DNA from: Tubiluchus corallicola
Lineage: Eukaryota; Animalia; Priapulida
Assembly: GCA_030141605.1 (NCBI GenBank)
Contig: JAQGDQ010001809.1
Span: forward strand, 1-24,725
Length of the DNA stretch: 24,725 bases
Reading direction: 5' to 3'
A model generated the notes under the pieces. That model was not told the origin of the DNA. It did not search any database and saw nothing but the letters and a program-made list of their open reading frames with translations. This document shows, in pieces, positions 21,500-24,725 of the stretch. The first letter of the stretch is position 1. Each line of letters opens with the position of its first letter. The position numbers were made by a program, and so were the translations under genes.

Positions 21500-22482
21500 A
21501 TCGACTGATTAACTAACTTTTACCCTTCCTAATGTAGTAACTTATTTAAGTCACTGGTCAAACATGGTCCAAGTGACTATGTTTAACAATCTATTGTAAA
21601 CTGAAATCATTCAGTTCAACTTATCGACTGATTAACTAACTTCTACCCTTCCTAATGTAGTAACTTATTTAAGTCACTGGTCAAACATGGTCCAATGGCA
21701 ATGGTTAACGATCTATTGTAAACTGAAATCATTCAGTTCAACTTATTGACTGATTAACTAACTTCTACCCTTCCTAATGTAGTAACTTATATAAGTCACT
21801 GGTCAAACATGATCCAATGGCAATGGTTAACGATCTATTGTAAACTGAAATCATTCAGTTCAACTTATTGACTGATTAACTAACTTCTACCCTTCCTAAT
21901 GTAGTAACTTATTTAAGTCACTGGTCAAACATGGTCCAATGGCAATGGTTAACGATCTATTGTAAACTGAAATCATTCAGTTCAACTTATTGACTGATTA
22001 ACTAACTTCTACCCTTCCTAATGTAGTAACTTATTTAAGTCACTGGTCAAACATGGTCCAATGGCAATGGTTAACGATCTATTGTAAACTGAAATCATTC
22101 AGTTCAACTTATCGACTGATTAACTAACTTCTACCCTTCCTAATGTAGTAACTTATTTAAGTCACTGGTCAAACATGATCCAATGGCAATGGTTAACGAT
22201 CTATTGTAAACTGAAATCATTCAGTTCAACTTATCGACTGATTAACTAACTTCTACCCTTCCTAATGTAGTAACTTCTTTAAGTCACCGGTCAAACATGA
22301 TCCAAGTGACTATGTTTAACGATCTATTGTAAACTGAAATCATTCAGTTCAACTTATCGACTGATTAACGAACTTCTACCCTTCCTAATGTAGTAACTTA
22401 TTTAAGTCACTGGTCAAACATGGTCCAATGGCAATGGTTAACGATCTATTGTAAACTGAAATCATTCAGTTCAACTTATCGA
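21500..22482. repeat. 122/123-bp tandem array, 8 copies
   Basis: Unit begins TCGACTGATTAACTAAC at 21501, 21624...; two 123-bp plus six 122-bp units; ATCGA at both ends. Confidence 0.97.
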
Positions 22483-23050
22483 GACCTTTCACATGAGTTA
22501 TACAGGAATACCAGTCTTCTCTCGCATGATTGGTAATCACTGATTGATCCTTCATAGATATTATTTTTTTATTGCAAATATAGATACTCACCTTCACGTT
22601 CACCTGGGATTTACACTAAGTAACAAGTGTGCAAATGCAGGTAGGGCCTGCATGAGATAACACTAACGTTTAGCACATTGCGTCCAAAGTTTAGGTAACC
22701 AACTGTGTTTGTTAAGACTTATTATGACAGGTGCTTGTCATTAAATCACAGGTATTTTTTTGCTAAATTACTATGCACTACATTGCTTAAATACCCCCTT
22801 AAATAGTTGGCTGCCTTATTAACAAAATTAGAAGAGACAATTCAACAAGGGGATTCAGAAAAGTCATACAACCCACTGCCAGGTTGTCAAGCACTACAAA
22901 AGTAACCGTTCTAGTGGTGTTTGCTATAAAAAATTACCGAGGTTCTTAAGAAGTACTTTTATCATTTATCATTAACATCAAACATTCGAGTTCGCCATTC
23001 TACTGGTGTTTACTAAAAGAAATTATTGAGTTTACTATGAGATTACTTTT

Positions 23051-23096
23051 TTATCTCATTAGTACACATTAGGGGTAATGTGTACTAATGAGATAA
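23051..23096. repeat. Perfect inverted repeat, 21-bp arms, GGGG loop
   Basis: TTATCTCATTAGTACACATTA-GGGG-TAATGTGTACTAATGAGATAA. Confidence 0.97.
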
Positions 23097-23209
23097 TGAC
23101 TTTTTTAATTAAAGATTTGGAAACTTATAGACGCTTCGCTAAAGCATTGAGAATAAAATGCTAACAGTCGTCTACATCACCTTATGCTGCAAGAATGTGT
23201 CATCCACAC

Positions 23210-23241
23210 AGTGGCTTAGTGGCTTAGTGGCTTAGTGGCTT
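23210..23241. repeat. (AGTGGCTT)4 short tandem repeat
   Basis: Direct reading. Confidence 0.9.
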
Positions 23242-24446
23242 TATTCGTCTATATTATAGTACATTTAAATACGTTGTGACTTTTGGCGTGGACATTGTAA
23301 GCCTTTGCTATTGCTGTAAGTCACGAGTTTTTTGCACTGTTTTAACTATAACTGTCACATGACATGTGGGTAAAGGAAAGCCGTCTGCCTTTGTCAGTTC
23401 AGTTACTTCTGTACTTTTAAGTGGACTTTGCCTAATTATGCATTAGTCTGTGCGTAGAGTAATTTAATAGCAGGATCCTGCTTGGGAACAAGAAAAAGTG
23501 AACAAGGCAAGGTTCTAGCCAGCTGTTAAAACTGTTACTATCACAAAAGCTTAGAATGCTAGGTGTTGTCAAGTGTACATAAATGATTTGTAAGGTACAC
23601 GTCTAAACCTTTGACCTTTTCTCAATCAACATCAATCGCTGTAACTGCAAAAAGGTTTATTATCGATACACTAAAAAATTCCATTTCCATTCCGTTTTAG
23701 CTTTAGCACATGAGAGCCTGACAGCTTGCGAAGGGCAAATATTAACTTTTTAATAAGCACATAAGTTTTTCCCTAGGGCAAAATCCACAAAATGGATTAC
23801 GTTTGCATTAAACCAGAGTTGGTACGTAAGAGCTTCGCTTTATTGCCATTTATTCAGTATTTGTTCATAAAGTAATTTATGAAGTCAATGATATTAGTTC
23901 GGTAATATTATTGTGAATAAAATCAAACTAAGTTTAAAAACAAACAAGTTGACAATCATTCTTTGCAAAGAACATTTACAGTGTTTGATCGTGAAATGTC
24001 GTAAACATTTTGTTTGAAAGCCATCATTTTGAGTTTATTGAATTTGCCTTGTTTGGTTACCAAACCAAACCATAGCCAATCTGCAACCAAGTATCAAAGA
24101 TCAACTAATCGCCTTTCAAGTTTTACCACTCAGTCCGCCTCATGGAGATCTTTCATCTGATGCGTTGCAAGCAACTACATTTCAATTCCAGAAGCAGGCC
24201 TATTTGTCTCTATGACACACAGTGAAAGTTTTTCCCTCATGGTGAGGTAAAAGGTTATCCAATCTGGACATAACTAATACCATTGAATTAGTCCTGTCGA
24301 AGCGTTTTTATTTGACTGCTTCAGGTTATTGCCGTTCGGCATTCCTGTTTCAGTGAAAAGAAAATTCGTTTTTTATCCCAAAGCAGAAAATTTTTTCCAT
24401 ACACAAAATGGCCCCCATTCACCCTATAACTTTCAAAGATAAATGT

Positions 24447-24554
24447 GGCAACAAAATCAACAATGACAGCAACGGCAGCAAATCAGCATACTGGACAGCA
24501 ACAGCAGCAGTAGCAACAATGGCAGCAACACCACTCCCACCACCAACAACAACA
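24447..24554. repeat. Cryptic CAA/CAG/CAC trinucleotide tract
   Basis: Low-complexity AAC/AGC/ACC runs. Confidence 0.7.
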
Positions 24555-24725
24555 TGCCCAAGCTTAAGTGGTCCCACATTAAGAAGAGCATTCGAAAAGT
24601 GTATTTAGACTCACTCGCTTAAACAAAGTGATTGCAACTGCCTGTTCATTAGCTTAGTGTAAATTAGACTAGAATAAATGTGAGCTGACTTTTTTTTTAC
24701 AAAGCCAAGGTTATTTTGCGTTCTC

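Noticed and set aside
23210-23241. Pol III A-box (TGGCTTAGTGG)
   Set aside because: Arises from an 8-bp tandem repeat; no downstream B box seen.
24408-24608. 66-aa ORF
   Set aside because: Low-complexity trinucleotide tract with no recognisable domain or splice context.

Overview
AT-rich animal (probably bilaterian invertebrate) genomic DNA, not prokaryotic. The + strand carries the last nine coding exons of a TRPA1-family cation channel gene (S1 to stop, 2711-19386). All junctions are GT-AG and phase-compatible. The ankyrin-repeat 5' part lies outside the window. The first complete intron holds a recent, full-length but inactivated Ty3/Gypsy (Mag-like) LTR retrotransposon (3880-8748) with a 5-bp TSD and near-identical LTRs. 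Most introns and the 3' flank contain a different private tandem array (143, 50, 41, 46, 74, 33, 36 and 122/123 bp units). Two of these arrays are built from the gene's own exon end plus splice donor. The probable 3' UTR contains a diverged ~70-bp array whose best-conserved part is a co-oriented CTCF-like motif (~13 copies). All calls come from reading the sequence by eye; no searches were run.
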